Assembly (NCBI RefSeq): GCF_001194135.2
Contig: NC_068992.1
Span: 13,751,584-13,815,583, forward strand
Reading direction: 5' to 3'
Source of the DNA: Octopus bimaculoides
Taxonomy: Eukaryota
Length of the DNA: 64,000 nt
This document shows positions 1-12,310 of the stretch, piece after piece. Position numbers and translations under genes: made by a program. Below the pieces are notes generated by a model that ran no database searches, was not told the DNA's origin, and saw nothing but the letters and a program-made list of their open reading frames with translations. Numbering within the stretch: the first letter of the stretch is position 1; each line of letters opens with the position of its first letter.

Positions 1-79
<79 letters not shown>

Positions 80-117
80 ATAGATAGATAGAAAGATAGA
101 TACATACATACATACAT
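1..117. repeat. Compound microsatellite (TG)n-(TAGA)n-(TACA)n
   Basis: Directly visible tandem units at the window start. Confidence 0.95.
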
Positions 118-730
118 AGGTGCAATATAATACCAGTTAGAAAAAAATTATCGTCACTAGGCCTTTCGCGAATCCCTTAAAGCCAAGAAATTTACAGCAA
201 CCCTCGTAAATGCGCCAAGCGCGAACAATCTTTAACGCGTCATGGCACAAAATGATTATCAGCATTTCGTCCATCCTTATGTTCTGATTTCAAATTCCGC
301 CGAATATTTCCTTTTATCCTTTGTATAAATTATGCAGCAGTTGAGCAGAGGGTTCGATGTAATTGACTTATGCCATTCCGTGAAATTGCTGCCGTGGAGG
401 CAAAATTTGAAACCAATATTTCGAGCAAGATAAATATCCCATTCTAGAGATGCAAACGCAACCGTGAACGTGGACCAGCTTCCGATAGACAACCAGTGAG
501 CAGCTGACAAATGTCTGAGTATCATTTCAACACTGTCAGCGTTTTGGCAATTTAAAAAATTTACTTAGTCCACGGACAATCGTTGTTCAAATTGAAAATA
601 ATGCCTAGGTCACATTCACCATTAAGATTTTTTCTTTTTGTATTACATTTCAGAATACTTAGTTTTTCTACAGGCAGTTGGAATAGCCAGACAACAATCC
701 TCTGCAGATGCACATATATATTACATATTA

Positions 731-761
<31 letters not shown>

Positions 762-811
762 TTATATATACATATATATTTTTATACATACACAAAAGCA
801 ACCCCATATAC

Positions 812-816
<5 letters not shown>

Positions 817-887
<71 letters not shown>
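817..887. repeat. (TA)n microsatellite followed by (GA)n
   Basis: Directly visible; source of poly-YI pseudo-ORFs. Confidence 0.95.
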
Positions 888-890
<3 letters not shown>

Positions 891-1117
891 AGAGAGAGAG
901 AGAGTGAGAGAGAGAGATAGAAAGAGACAGAGCGTGAGAAATACAGACAGACGATGTCTAGGTAATGCCAACTAATGTAGTATTCAGATTTCTATTTGGC
1001 TGAAAGCCATGACATATGAAATGGAACACTATGTTTTCATCGTTAATCACTTTGCAACGAAACAATATATAAGAAAAAAATAACAATAAGGAGAATTTAT
1101 TTATTTTATGTTTACAG

Positions 1118-1177
1118 AAGGATATTATTTGTTTGGCTTTTACTATATTTTATTATATCTTATTGCTATTGAAATTG
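1118..1177 (+). CDS. Candidate 60-nt exon (hydrophobic; KDIICLAFTIFYYILLLLKL in phase 0 or GYYLFGFYYILLYLIAIEI in phase 1)
   Basis: Acceptor ttttatgtttacag| at 1117, donor |gtaaat at 1178, two open frames. The hydrophobicity may simply reflect T-richness. Confidence 0.2.
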
Positions 1178-3480
1178 GTAAATCTTAGCATTTTCTAGAC
1201 TAATCGATCACATGCAATTCTGAAATTTGAACTCGTAAATAACTGTTTTATTTGTAGAAATAAACATAGTAATTTACGAAGTTACCTCATATTACTAGTA
1301 TATAATTATGTAATATTTTAGACCATAATTGAATATCTGTTGGTGGTTTGCTTTCTCATTATTTGTATATCATATTTGATTTACCATTTACATGGTAAGT
1401 TGGAGGTGATGGCGTTTATCATTCGTGATTACATTCGCAATTATACTTTCTACCACGGGTACAAAGCCTGAAATGTTGATGGGATGTCTAGTCGATGACA
1501 CAGACTTCAGTGTACAATTGGTATTTGTTGTAGCGCACCCGAAATGATGAAAGGCATAGTCGAATTTGTAGGGTGTTCAACTCAACGTAAAGTTCCATTT
1601 TGTTTGTTGATTTGATTGTATCAGTTCGTCACCGCTCCTTTGTAATAAACCTCTTGCCTTTACGCTCTGTAAGTTAAGGACGTACATTATGTTTCCACGC
1701 CGACTATTAGATCACATGACGTTAACCATAAGCCGGAAACATAGCGCTAAGCATTTTGTCCGACGATCTTGCCTGCTCACCACCTTAAATGTTTCAAATT
1801 TTGACACCAATTTAAGATGTGTGGGGAAGTAGACTTCATCGACTCCAATTTTGAACTGGTAGTTATTTCAATGATCCCGGAATAACAAATGGCAAATTTG
1901 ACCCTGCCAGCATTTGAACTGACTTTACAGAGGTAATATTCGATTCTATTGAATCAGTACATATCTGTTATATATATTTTATCGACCCTGGATGAAACCG
2001 AAAGCATAGTTGTCTGCAAGGAGATTTCGAGTTTTGCAAGCACTCCATATTATCGACTTCCCTACTGAGCTTAGCACATTTCATATTGACAAATTTTGTT
2101 TTGTTTCACGCTTCCTCGCATAAGCACTACAGTCAAATTTAATAGATTAGTAAACTAAATTCTGACGTTATTGGTTTACACTACGGTCCATCTATCCAAC
2201 TTGATAATAAAGCATCAAAATAATTGCGTTATCAATATATCTCCACGGAATATATCCAATTGATCTCACTGCATGAAAGGTAAAGTTATGGAATCAAGTA
2301 CATGAAAAATAAATTTTGTTTCCTTTAATTTTGCTTTGGAATTTGCTAGCGTTAGACTATATTATTAAGTAGAATTTCCATATCAATAGTTTTCAATATA
2401 TAGCATAATATTATATAATAAATATTCTATGGAATTTTGGTAGACCATTGTCAGTGCGCGTTGCGGAAATGTGGTTCCGTAACCCTCCTGCATTATACTG
2501 ATATCATTAGAATCCTGGCCTAGTAGTAATAAATTACATTTACAGTTCACCAGATTGGCAATTTGAAACTGTACATGAAAACAGGACCTCAAAATTTTGA
2601 TGTAACGGGGCACTTCTGTTTCGTCAGGACAACTGCAGAAGACCCTTAATTCTTTACTTTACCTACTTCAAGTTTCATTTTACAGTTTAAGTTGAAGAGA
2701 CTTGTTAGTTTTCAAACATCGATGATGAAAACAGACTTTGATCCGTTGCTTTGCTATATCGTATTGTGTCAAATAATTTTACAATACAGTTACCAATGTA
2801 ATTCAATTCTAATTTTTCGGCATTTTCGAATTCCGCAATGAATGTTACAAAAACCAAACAGAATTAAAGTATCAAATATATTCTAAAATAGTTGATAAAT
2901 CCAACTTTCTACGCATACACATATATAATTTTGATCGTTCTAATCAAAAAGAAAATAGATTGCTTATAATTTGTAGGGATCCTGTTATCAGCTGTTAGGG
3001 AGTACAAATATATAGAGAAATTGACTTAATAAGCGTTTGTTCTTTTTATTGGTATAATACAAAGTTCAGCTTCCATAGAGAAACATTTTGTGAAATGAAT
3101 ATATTATATGGGGAGGGAGAAATGGTGGCGGAGGAGATGAAGCTTCTAAAGGCATAAAATATATTTGTTTTACAAAAGAAGACATTCTCTTTATGTCAGA
3201 AAGAGATATGTCGCCTAATATATAATTTTGTGGAAGTTATCGAGATACATTTAAATATGTAGGCTTTATACTTGACAGTTCGGTGTTCAAATACTGACCA
3301 CTTTATTATGAAATACACGCATTAGTACATGAAACGAATTGGTAAAGCAAATGTTACTGCTTACGGAAATAAATCCCATTTAGTGTATGAATTTATCGAT
3401 TCTTTCTCGAAGGAATGAGAGCAAATCAACATCCATGTGACTTGAACGTGATTTTAGTGTAGAAAATGGGAGGAAGTAAT

Positions 3481-3640
3481 CCTTTCTACTATAGGCACAA
3501 TGCCTGAAATTTTGGGGGAGGGGACTAGTCGATTAATTCGACACCAGTGATTTACTGGTATTTTAAGGACGCCGAAAGGATGAAATCAAAGTCAACCTCG
3601 GCGGAATTTGAACTCGGAACGTAGCGACGGGTGAAACATA
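3481..3640 (-). mobile_element. SINE family B fragment
   Basis: Contains gaaaggatgaaatcaaagtcaacctcggcggaatttgaactc, the same core as the better copies at 19226-19459 and 29637-30243. Confidence 0.8.
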
Positions 3641-3654
3641 CATAAACATATACA

Positions 3655-3685
<31 letters not shown>

Positions 3686-3822
3686 TTATGAGAGAGAGAG
3701 AGGTGGGGAGAAAGATAGAGAGAGTGAATGTATGTGCGCTCACGTGTGTGTGTATACCATTATGCACAAGAAATTGGATAGAAATTTATATATATCAGAG
3801 TTCGAAACAAAGCAAAGACTTA

Positions 3823-4240
3823 GGCGTAGGAGTGGCTGTGTGGTAAGTAGCTTGCTCGCCAGCCACATGGTTCTGGGTTCATTCCCACTGCGTGGTACCT
3901 TGGGCAAGTGTCTTCTACTATAGCCTCGGGCCAACCAAAGCCTTGTGAGTGGATTTGGTAGACGGAAACTGAAAGAAGCCCATCGTATGTATGTATATAT
4001 ATGTGCATGTATGTGTGTGTATATGTTTGTGCGTCTGTGTTTGACCCCCAGCATCGCTTGACAACCGATGGTGGTGTGTTTACGTCCCCGTAAATTAGCG
4101 GCTCGGCAAAAGAGAACGATAGAATAAGTACTAGGCTTACAAAGAATAAGTCCTAGGGTCGATCTGCTCGACTAAAAGGCAGTGCTCCAGCATAGCCGCA
4201 GTAAAATGACTAAAACAAGTAAAAGAGTAAAAGAGAAAGA
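3823..4240 (+). mobile_element. tRNA-derived SINE family A, full-length
   Basis: Head GGCGTAGGAGTGGCTGTGTGGTAAG (A-box-like) and GGTTCATTCCC (B-box-like), CORE-like CTTGGGCAAGTGTCTTCTACTATAGCC, internal (TA/TG) microsatellite, AAAAGAG-type tail. Collinear copies at 39485-39806, 43784-44109, 56905-57292 and 63426-63797. Confidence 0.9.
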
Positions 4241-5834
4241 GGTCAGAAGTATTTTATTCACACCTTTTCCGTGGAAGGTTAAATCGTTGATAATCGTTTT
4301 GATGTCAATATAAATGTCTATAGCAGAATGCGATACAGGAATATATCCGGAGCTCTATATATTTCAGCAACTCTACAAACGTTCCTAAAGTACATTTTGG
4401 CTAGTGAATATAATATATGTATGTGCGTGCGTGTGTGTGCGTGTTTGGCTATGTATGTATGTATGTATGTGTTTGCCTGTGTGTGTTTGCATGTATGCAT
4501 ACACGCACACAAACACTCACACACGCATACACACACACACACACACACTCACACACGCATACACACACACATATAATCTATTTATTTCGGTTTGATGATA
4601 TGAGGTGTTTAGTGCCCTAGATAACATAATGAACTATACAGTATGGTACAAAAGAAAAGAAACTTTATTTCCCAAATTGCATTACTGCATAGAAACACGG
4701 AACAGTAGACAGAATAGTTTAGCAAAGACAGACGAAAGTTACATATAATTATTCGTTAACGTTAAACTACTCAAGTGATATTGTACAATCCAGAATAGAA
4801 TAGATTCCAGCATTGCGTAGTTTAAGGTGCAGACGATAAATGCTACTAAAAGCGGACCATCTTGTGATTACATGGCATTTACCGATTCATTTTACTTATC
4901 TGCTGACAGAATCTTTTTATATAAACAACGCCTAATCATTGTCAGTAGTTATTTTAAGGCACCATTTCGTTCTAATTTGTTGAGAATCATTTACTTCCAG
5001 CTCGTATTTTCATTCCATTAAGATATCCGTTTTCAATAACTACATAAAAGTAATGCGTCTGACTTTCTTCACCGAGCAAATGTATTAACTGTAGCGTGAC
5101 TCAAACCACAAATCATCGAAAGCAATAGCATTTCATACTGGAGGATTTCTAAACTAAATCATTTTCGATGTTTCATGAGAAGAAATTCAGAGAGCAAAGT
5201 GCACAGGAGAAGCTGAGCGGATAAATGTGTGCGTACAATTCACATGTGGAGTTTTGTCGAAAGTTTCCGGACAAACGAATGCATAATCCACTTGATTCAG
5301 TTTCGAATTTATATATCTGAGGCTGTGTTAATATCACTAGGAAAGATGCTATGCTTCGTCAGCAGAACGTATTGTTCTTCCATATATACATTGTTATTAC
5401 TATAGTTGAGCAGATATTTGTTCGTGTAATGGGTGTATGCATATTATCTTTGTATCTAGAAAGATATATATTTTCAGGTGCATAGCGACTTACGCACATA
5501 CACGCACGCACGCACACACACATACACACACACACATATGTATATTGATGTTTGCTTTTACTTTCAGTTATAATTAAAACAATTTTATGTTAATCTCATG
5601 GGTTGCTCAATACTTTTGTAGTGTACACATTTATTATTCTTATACAAGAGTGTTGTTGGCAGTGACTTCGAATTTTCTCTCAAATAATTGTTGAAAGATT
5701 ATACAGAAATGCGAAACCTAGAAAGAAACTGCACAGTAAATACATCAAATGAATACAATATACAATAAATCGTCTTAATGTTTAATGAATCGTTTGCAGT
5801 GACAGAGCGACTATATACCTGGAAAATTTAAATC

Positions 5835-6635
5835 CTGGCCATCATGCCATTGCATCAATACTTTCTCTCAAATAAGGGCCACCGTCCCTCTCTACGCAGA
5901 CGACACAACAGGCACAACAGTCCAGAACCAATATCCAGAACCAGGGCACGACATGGTTTTCAGTTACTTGATGATACGATTCTCCTATGTCGTGTTCGAT
6001 ATGAACTCGCTTCTCAACATTAAAATTTATACCTCATCTTTCTCCAATAGGATATGTCTGATTGTGTACCCCACCCAGGCTTTCTCGGGCTATACTTGAG
6101 AACTGCACCATCTCTACTTGAAACATTTTCTATTATATAGCATTTGGTGAAGGAAGGAGGTTGATGTTGTTGCCCTCATCTATGTTTCCTACCAAGTGGT
6201 AGGCTCATCCGGAACTCTTCATAGAAGGACATGCAGTATACTTTTCAAGATACCGATCTCCACCCCATGCAGGTCTCTCAGGCTTTTGGGTAGGATATTA
6301 AGAATGTGAAACCTTGAAACCGAAGCTGTTGCAGTATCTGGTCCTGTATATTATTGACGATGTTCAGATAGCTGATACTCTTCAGTGGTACCCAGTTCTG
6401 ATATCTGTGTAACTTTGAATGCAAATGTTTGGTACTGAATTCTTCCATAAATTACCAGATGTACATCACTGCATATCTTTCTCGCCTTCGTTCTGGGGAA
6501 GAGAGATTTAACTTCTTCAGTTCAGCGTTTCCCAACAGCTAACTTGTCGCATTGAAACGGTCTTCTTTGCGTAGCGTCGTTGGATTCCTTCGAGGTCCAC
6601 CGTTAATTTTACTGAGTATGCTGTCTGTAAGTTTA
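5835..6635 (-). mobile_element. CR1-group LINE 3' fragment (RT C-terminus + 3' UTR), frameshifted
   Basis: Minus-strand translation gives DLEGIQRRYAKK...LKKLNLSSPERRRERYAVMYIW...YCNSFGF...LNILPKSLRDLHG...RVPDEP, the typical C-terminal thumb region of CR1/L2-group ORF2. Confidence 0.85.
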
Positions 6636-6917
6636 TAAACGTTAGTGAATGGCAAAAATCAATAGTCCAACTGTTAGTTCCCATTCAATACTTCATAGAA
6701 TTATTATTTTACTTCTCTATTAACTGTAAACATTTGTATATGATATTGACGCTATAACAAATCTCCAACAAGTGGTAGATGTGAAATGACCAAATCATAC
6801 CAAATCATGAACACCTTTGAAAATGTGAAACTCTTTGATTGCTTAAACATATATGCATTGTGGGAGATTAGCAAGCTTTAACATAAACACGTTTTTGTGA
6901 ACATTATTTTTTACTGC

Positions 6918-6975
<58 letters not shown>

Positions 6976-7402
6976 NNNNNNNNNNNNNNNNNNNNNNNNN
7001 NNNNNNNNNNNNNNNNNNNNNNNNNNNNNNNNNNNNNNNNNNNNNNNNNNNNNNNNNNNNNNNNNNNNNNNNNNNNNNNNNNNNNNNNNNNNNNNNNNNN
7101 NNNNNNNNNNNNNNNNNNNNNNNNNNNNNNNNNNNNNNNNNNNNNNNNNNNNNNNNNNNNNNNNNNNNNNNNNNNNNNNNNNNNNNNNNNNNNNNNNNNN
7201 NNNNNNNNNNNNNNNNNNNNNNNNNNNNNNNNNNNNNNNNNNNNNNNNNNNNNNNNNNNNNNNNNNNNNNNNNNNNNNNNNNNNNNNNNNNNNNNNNNNN
7301 NNNNNNNNNNNNNNNNNNNNNNNNNNNNNNNNNNNNNNNNNNNNNNNNNNNNNNNNNNNNNNNNNNNNNNNNNNNNNNNNNNNNNNNNNNNNNNNNNNNN
7401 NN
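6976..7402. other. Assembly gap (first of 12: 6976-7402, 11889-12213, 13404-13628, 17703-18674, 23904-24513, 28688-28746, 38035-38252, 44110-44253, 52965-53245, 57329-57586, 58684-59153, 60151-60581)
   Basis: N runs, most bordered by (TA)n or other microsatellites. Confidence 0.98.
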
Positions 7403-8439
7403 ATATATTTATTCATTTATTTATTTATTTATTTATTTATTGGGTGCCTATATTGTCATTGACACATTTTACCTTTTTGTGAAGATAAACGCCCGCAACT
7501 CCATATATATTAAATATTAATGCATAAGGAATTATAAAAAATGCATAACACTGAAAGCATTCATATATACATATGGTTATGTTTCTGTATCCACTACGTG
7601 TAATATATTAATACATATTCAATTATATATCGATGTTTAATATTCATACTATTACTGATATTACTCATCTGTTTTTCATATACATATATGTATTGTCTGT
7701 ACGTTTTGGCTTAAGGGAACTTAAAACTACCTCTATGGATTATAGATATTTTCCCACTTTTACTCTTTTCTAACTGCACCCTTTCTTTATTTTCTTTCAC
7801 TTCCTCTTTCCTTCTCTCTCTCTCTCTCTCTCACACTCATACCCCTTCTCTTTCTTTCCCCGCCCTCTCCCTCTCTATTTCAGACTGTATTTGGTAGGTA
7901 ATAGATGACAGTACTAGCTGGAAGATATGACAACATAAATTCGACTTTGTTGCCTTTCTTAATTTCAATAATGAAATTACCGTTAGTTACATTGTAACCA
8001 GTAGAATTCGAGATAATTTTGTTACCCAGCATATACTTATGTATTCAACGATTGATGATAGTATACAACATAACTGCTTAAAAGAATCAACACTTCAATT
8101 ATTTATTACATTTAGTAACTCCAATGTGTACACGTCCACTTCAGAAAACATATTTTCTAAAGAAACCATATATTACTTGAGATAACCTCAATCTTTAGAA
8201 TGCCTTATATTTAGACGTACCCAAATATATCAAATTTTAGTGGCTTTAGACAAACACGGGGTCGCTAGTTCTATTCAGAGATATATCTCACGAATAATCA
8301 CATAGAACTGTGGATGATCTCGTACAAGGCATACTTAACAGGGAAAAGGTGAAATGTGTGTTGGGATTAAGACGTCATCGAAGCGTAGAGCATGATAAAG
8401 ATATTACTTTAGATGCGAACAAAAGGTCGTAATGTGTTG

Positions 8440-8700
8440 ATGGGATACTGTAGGTATGAAAGTACCATATAAAATTTAAATCGTAGATCCGACGCTGGGG
8501 TTTTTTCTTGGTGTGGCTTAAGTAAAAAAGAAAACACAGATAGTGTTTAAAGTTTAAGACAGCTGTTTCGATAGAAATATATTAATGCGTTATATCATAA
8601 CATATAATCCAGTATGTTCAGCTAAAATTCCAAACGGGTAAGTTTTCAAACATGTGTAATTTTCTCCATCAACCTATTTAGAAACTTACCAGTACATGAT
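8440..8700 (+). mobile_element. Possible Tc1/mariner-type transposase C-terminal relic
   Basis: Degenerate RRSDAGVFSWCGLSKK resembles the PRSPDLTPLDFFLWGYLK motif; many stops. Confidence 0.3.
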
Positions 8701-8712
8701 GGATGATACGTT

Positions 8713-8715
<3 letters not shown>

Positions 8716-8764
<49 letters not shown>

Positions 8765-8770
8765 CAATAC

Positions 8771-8811
<41 letters not shown>

Positions 8812-8850
8812 GAGAGAGAGACAGACAGACAGAGAAACAAACAGACAGAC

Positions 8851-8897
<47 letters not shown>

Positions 8898-8914
8898 GAG
8901 ATAGATAGATAGAT
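8716..8914. repeat. Compound microsatellite (TA)n-(AG)n-(AGAC)n-(GATA)n
   Basis: Directly visible. Confidence 0.95.
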
Positions 8915-10209
8915 CTATGACCATCTTGTGCAAATTCGCTTTATAGTGAACAGCGTCATTTCTTTTTTAAGATTCTGCCGAAAATTTACACTGTTTGTTG
9001 AACAAAAATAAATGTCTATAAAATAGTGTACTTTCTAGATTTATCAGCAGAAGCACAAGCTAGAAATACAAATTTCACAAATTATATCCCCTCTGAAGTT
9101 CACCTATTCAGCTACTGAATAAGGATAGTGAAAAATAACTACTATATAACATTCTAACACCGATTCCGTCCATTACATTGACCTAAACTATTACCGATGC
9201 ATAAATTACTGTACAAAGTTCTCCAGTGTAAATACTGTCCTGATTAGTATTATAGATACATTGGTTATAAATCCAACATGGCATTCAGCTTTCCAATTTA
9301 GTAAACGTATGTTTGCGTTTTGCCTTCATTTTATTCCGGAGCAATTGACACAAAATCGCTCTGTTGCGTATAAACCATATTGCTTGAATATCTACAGAAA
9401 TTTACTTGATGGATAATGGCGTTCCTATTCCGTTTGTATTTCGTACCTCGTTATTTTATTATATCTTAGGCTCATATTCAACGAATCGTCATAAATTTGA
9501 ATTTAGTCTCATATATACATACACACAAATACAAATATGTCTTTGTGAGCATGCGTACTCACATACGCACACAGACACATGTATGCTTATAAATAATTAT
9601 ATGTATACACTTTTGTGTATGCACACGCGAACATATGTATATGGACGGTTATATATATATGTATATATTTGCATGTGTGTGTGTGTGTCTGTCTCTGTGT
9701 GAGTGCGTGTGTGTGTGTCTGTGTGTGTGTGTGTCTGTCTCTGTGTGTCTGTCTCTGTGTGTCTGTGTGTGTGTGTGTATCTGTGTGCATGTCTGTGTTT
9801 GTGGGACATCTAAGTCTATGTATGAATTTGTGTGTTTCTAGAGCAGCAAACACTGATCTTAAATAGAAATTAACGTAGAGAGGCATTAAGGCAACAACAT
9901 ATAAATCAAACGCAATTCTAAGCATTTCTTGTACTTTAAACGTTACAAAATTTATTGACTGAAGCATATTCGCTCCGTACATACTACCTTCTACTGCATC
10001 AATCATAAACCAACGTTCATCTTATGGAAATATTGAAATATTTATCGAAATAGCTGGAGAATTATTACCTACTTATAGAGAAACTGTTCCACGTTGTCCT
10101 CTGACACTTCCATGAAATTGCTGTTGCTGCATAAATCTTAATACCATCTCAAATATTCAATATTATTTCCACATACATACAGCGCTATATTTTAGCCTTT
10201 ATATTTTTC

Positions 10210-10355
10210 TTATTTTAGTCATTCGATTGCGGCCATGCTGGGGCAGCGCCTTGAAGAGATCCAGTTGAATGAATCGACAACGGGCTTAATATTTTGAGCA
10301 TCGTACTTAATCTACTGGGCCATTTTTGCCGAACCGTTAAATTACGGTGATATAA
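10210..10355 (-). mobile_element. SINE family A 3' fragment, diverged
   Basis: agtcattcgattgcggccatgctggggcagcgcc...ttttgccgaaccgttaaattacgg matches the 3' domain of the 43784-44109 copy. Confidence 0.7.
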
Positions 10356-10419
10356 TATAGTCATCAAATATCATCGGTCGTTAGGGGGGGGGGGGGCAAA
10401 CATATACTGAAAGACATAC

Positions 10420-10457
<38 letters not shown>

Positions 10458-10458
<1 letters not shown>

Positions 10459-10740
10459 GAGGTCTGATCAACAAGTATAGGACTACTGCCATAGTAACGA
10501 AGGTAAAGCACGCAGAGTGACGCCGCTTGTCCCAGATTGAACTCAAACATTTCTGTGCAGGTACACCAAGGTTTAACATTGTAGCTCACTTCTGCTGTTG
10601 ACAGCAGTACTTGGAAAGGACGTGTGCAGCGTGTGATCGTCGCGTTGACCATGACAGAGAAAGTTGTCATGGCGGTACCTGCTCAGAGGCCAGCACAAAG
10701 TTGCATAGCGGAGTGTATAAGCTGCAGAGTAGAGTATGTA
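10458..10740 (+). mobile_element. Mariner 5' end (TIR + 5' UTR + start of transposase, internally deleted)
   Basis: TA at 10456-10457, then ggaggtctgatcaacaagtat (mariner-like TIR). Collinear with the reverse complement of 19681-19931; ATG ACA GAG AAA GTT start. Confidence 0.8.
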
Positions 10741-11149
10741 CATATTTCGACCATTTAACAACAATGTACGCTTTCGATAAAACAGATGCTCCCGCAAAGC
10801 AAATTTAATAAAATTTGTAATTTTGCGAAGGCTCAAAATTGGTAACACAAACAGGACAGTGAAAACAAACTAGGACTGCTAAGCCTAAACCTGGTTGTGG
10901 TAGGGAACGCGTAAATCAAGCTAGGACAGGAGACAAACAAAAATATGTCTTCCTTGTTCCAGCTACAACGAAGAGGAAGAAAGAAAGATAGCCGTTAGTC
11001 ACGTACGAGCCTCGTGAGCGAGGGAGAAGGAGTGAGGGAGATAGAGTGACAGAATAATAGGATAGACTAGTGGGAGAACAGGAGGTAAAAGAACAAGAGA
11101 GAGAAAGAGAGAAAAAGAAAGAGTAAAAAGATCGTATAGAGTGTGTGTG

Positions 11150-11204
<55 letters not shown>

Positions 11205-12215
11205 CTGTGATCGAAAATAGAATAAGAATATATGGAAAAGGTGATTTCAATGTCTAACCTAATAGAATGTTTATTCTATTCCTGATCACAATTGCCTGAT
11301 GATCGGGAACACGAAACTTTCCATACCAGCTGTTTTTGTTTTTTTTTTAAATATTTTTGTGATGTTTGACAGTGTGGTAAGTAGCTTGCTACTTACCACA
11401 CAGCCACGTCTGCGCCGATATAAAATACATACACATATATATGTGTGTATATATACATATAGTGAGAGAGAGAGAGAAAACGAGAAAGAGAAAGAGAAAA
11501 ACATACATGCGTGTATGCTTGTACAAAAATCCGATATCTTATTTGAATTTTCATAAGATTGCAAGATTTAAACAACAAGCTTCCAAGACACATCTCTCTT
11601 CCATTTTACATGTGGATCAAACTGAATATAAACTCTGCTTAGTAGTAGACTAAAGAAAGCAGGAAAATGAAGGCTTGCAAAAAAGTATGTGAGGGCGTAA
11701 CGAAGGGGAAGAGCATAAGATGAAAATATCCGCAAATCGTTGGTGAATATCAATATGTGGAATGGATATTGCTAATGCTTAGTTTCGAAATTATAGAGGA
11801 ATGCGAGTCAAAATTGAAGCAAATGCGTATCTACATAGTATTACATAATAGTTTATCAATAATATGGGATATCAACGGCACGTGATATNNNNNNNNNNNN
11901 NNNNNNNNNNNNNNNNNNNNNNNNNNNNNNNNNNNNNNNNNNNNNNNNNNNNNNNNNNNNNNNNNNNNNNNNNNNNNNNNNNNNNNNNNNNNNNNNNNNN
12001 NNNNNNNNNNNNNNNNNNNNNNNNNNNNNNNNNNNNNNNNNNNNNNNNNNNNNNNNNNNNNNNNNNNNNNNNNNNNNNNNNNNNNNNNNNNNNNNNNNNN
12101 NNNNNNNNNNNNNNNNNNNNNNNNNNNNNNNNNNNNNNNNNNNNNNNNNNNNNNNNNNNNNNNNNNNNNNNNNNNNNNNNNNNNNNNNNNNNNNNNNNNN
12201 NNNNNNNNNNNNNNT

Positions 12216-12310
<95 letters not shown>

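Noticed and set aside
954-1177. Signal-peptide model ATG TCT AG|gtaatg spliced to 1118 (MSRRILFVWLLLYFIISYCY)
   Set aside because: That frame hits TGA before the donor.
7884-7897. Micro-exon after a long pyrimidine tract (tttcag|actgtatttg|gtaggt)
   Set aside because: The pyrimidine tract is a (CT)n microsatellite, and 10/14-nt candidates like this arise by chance.
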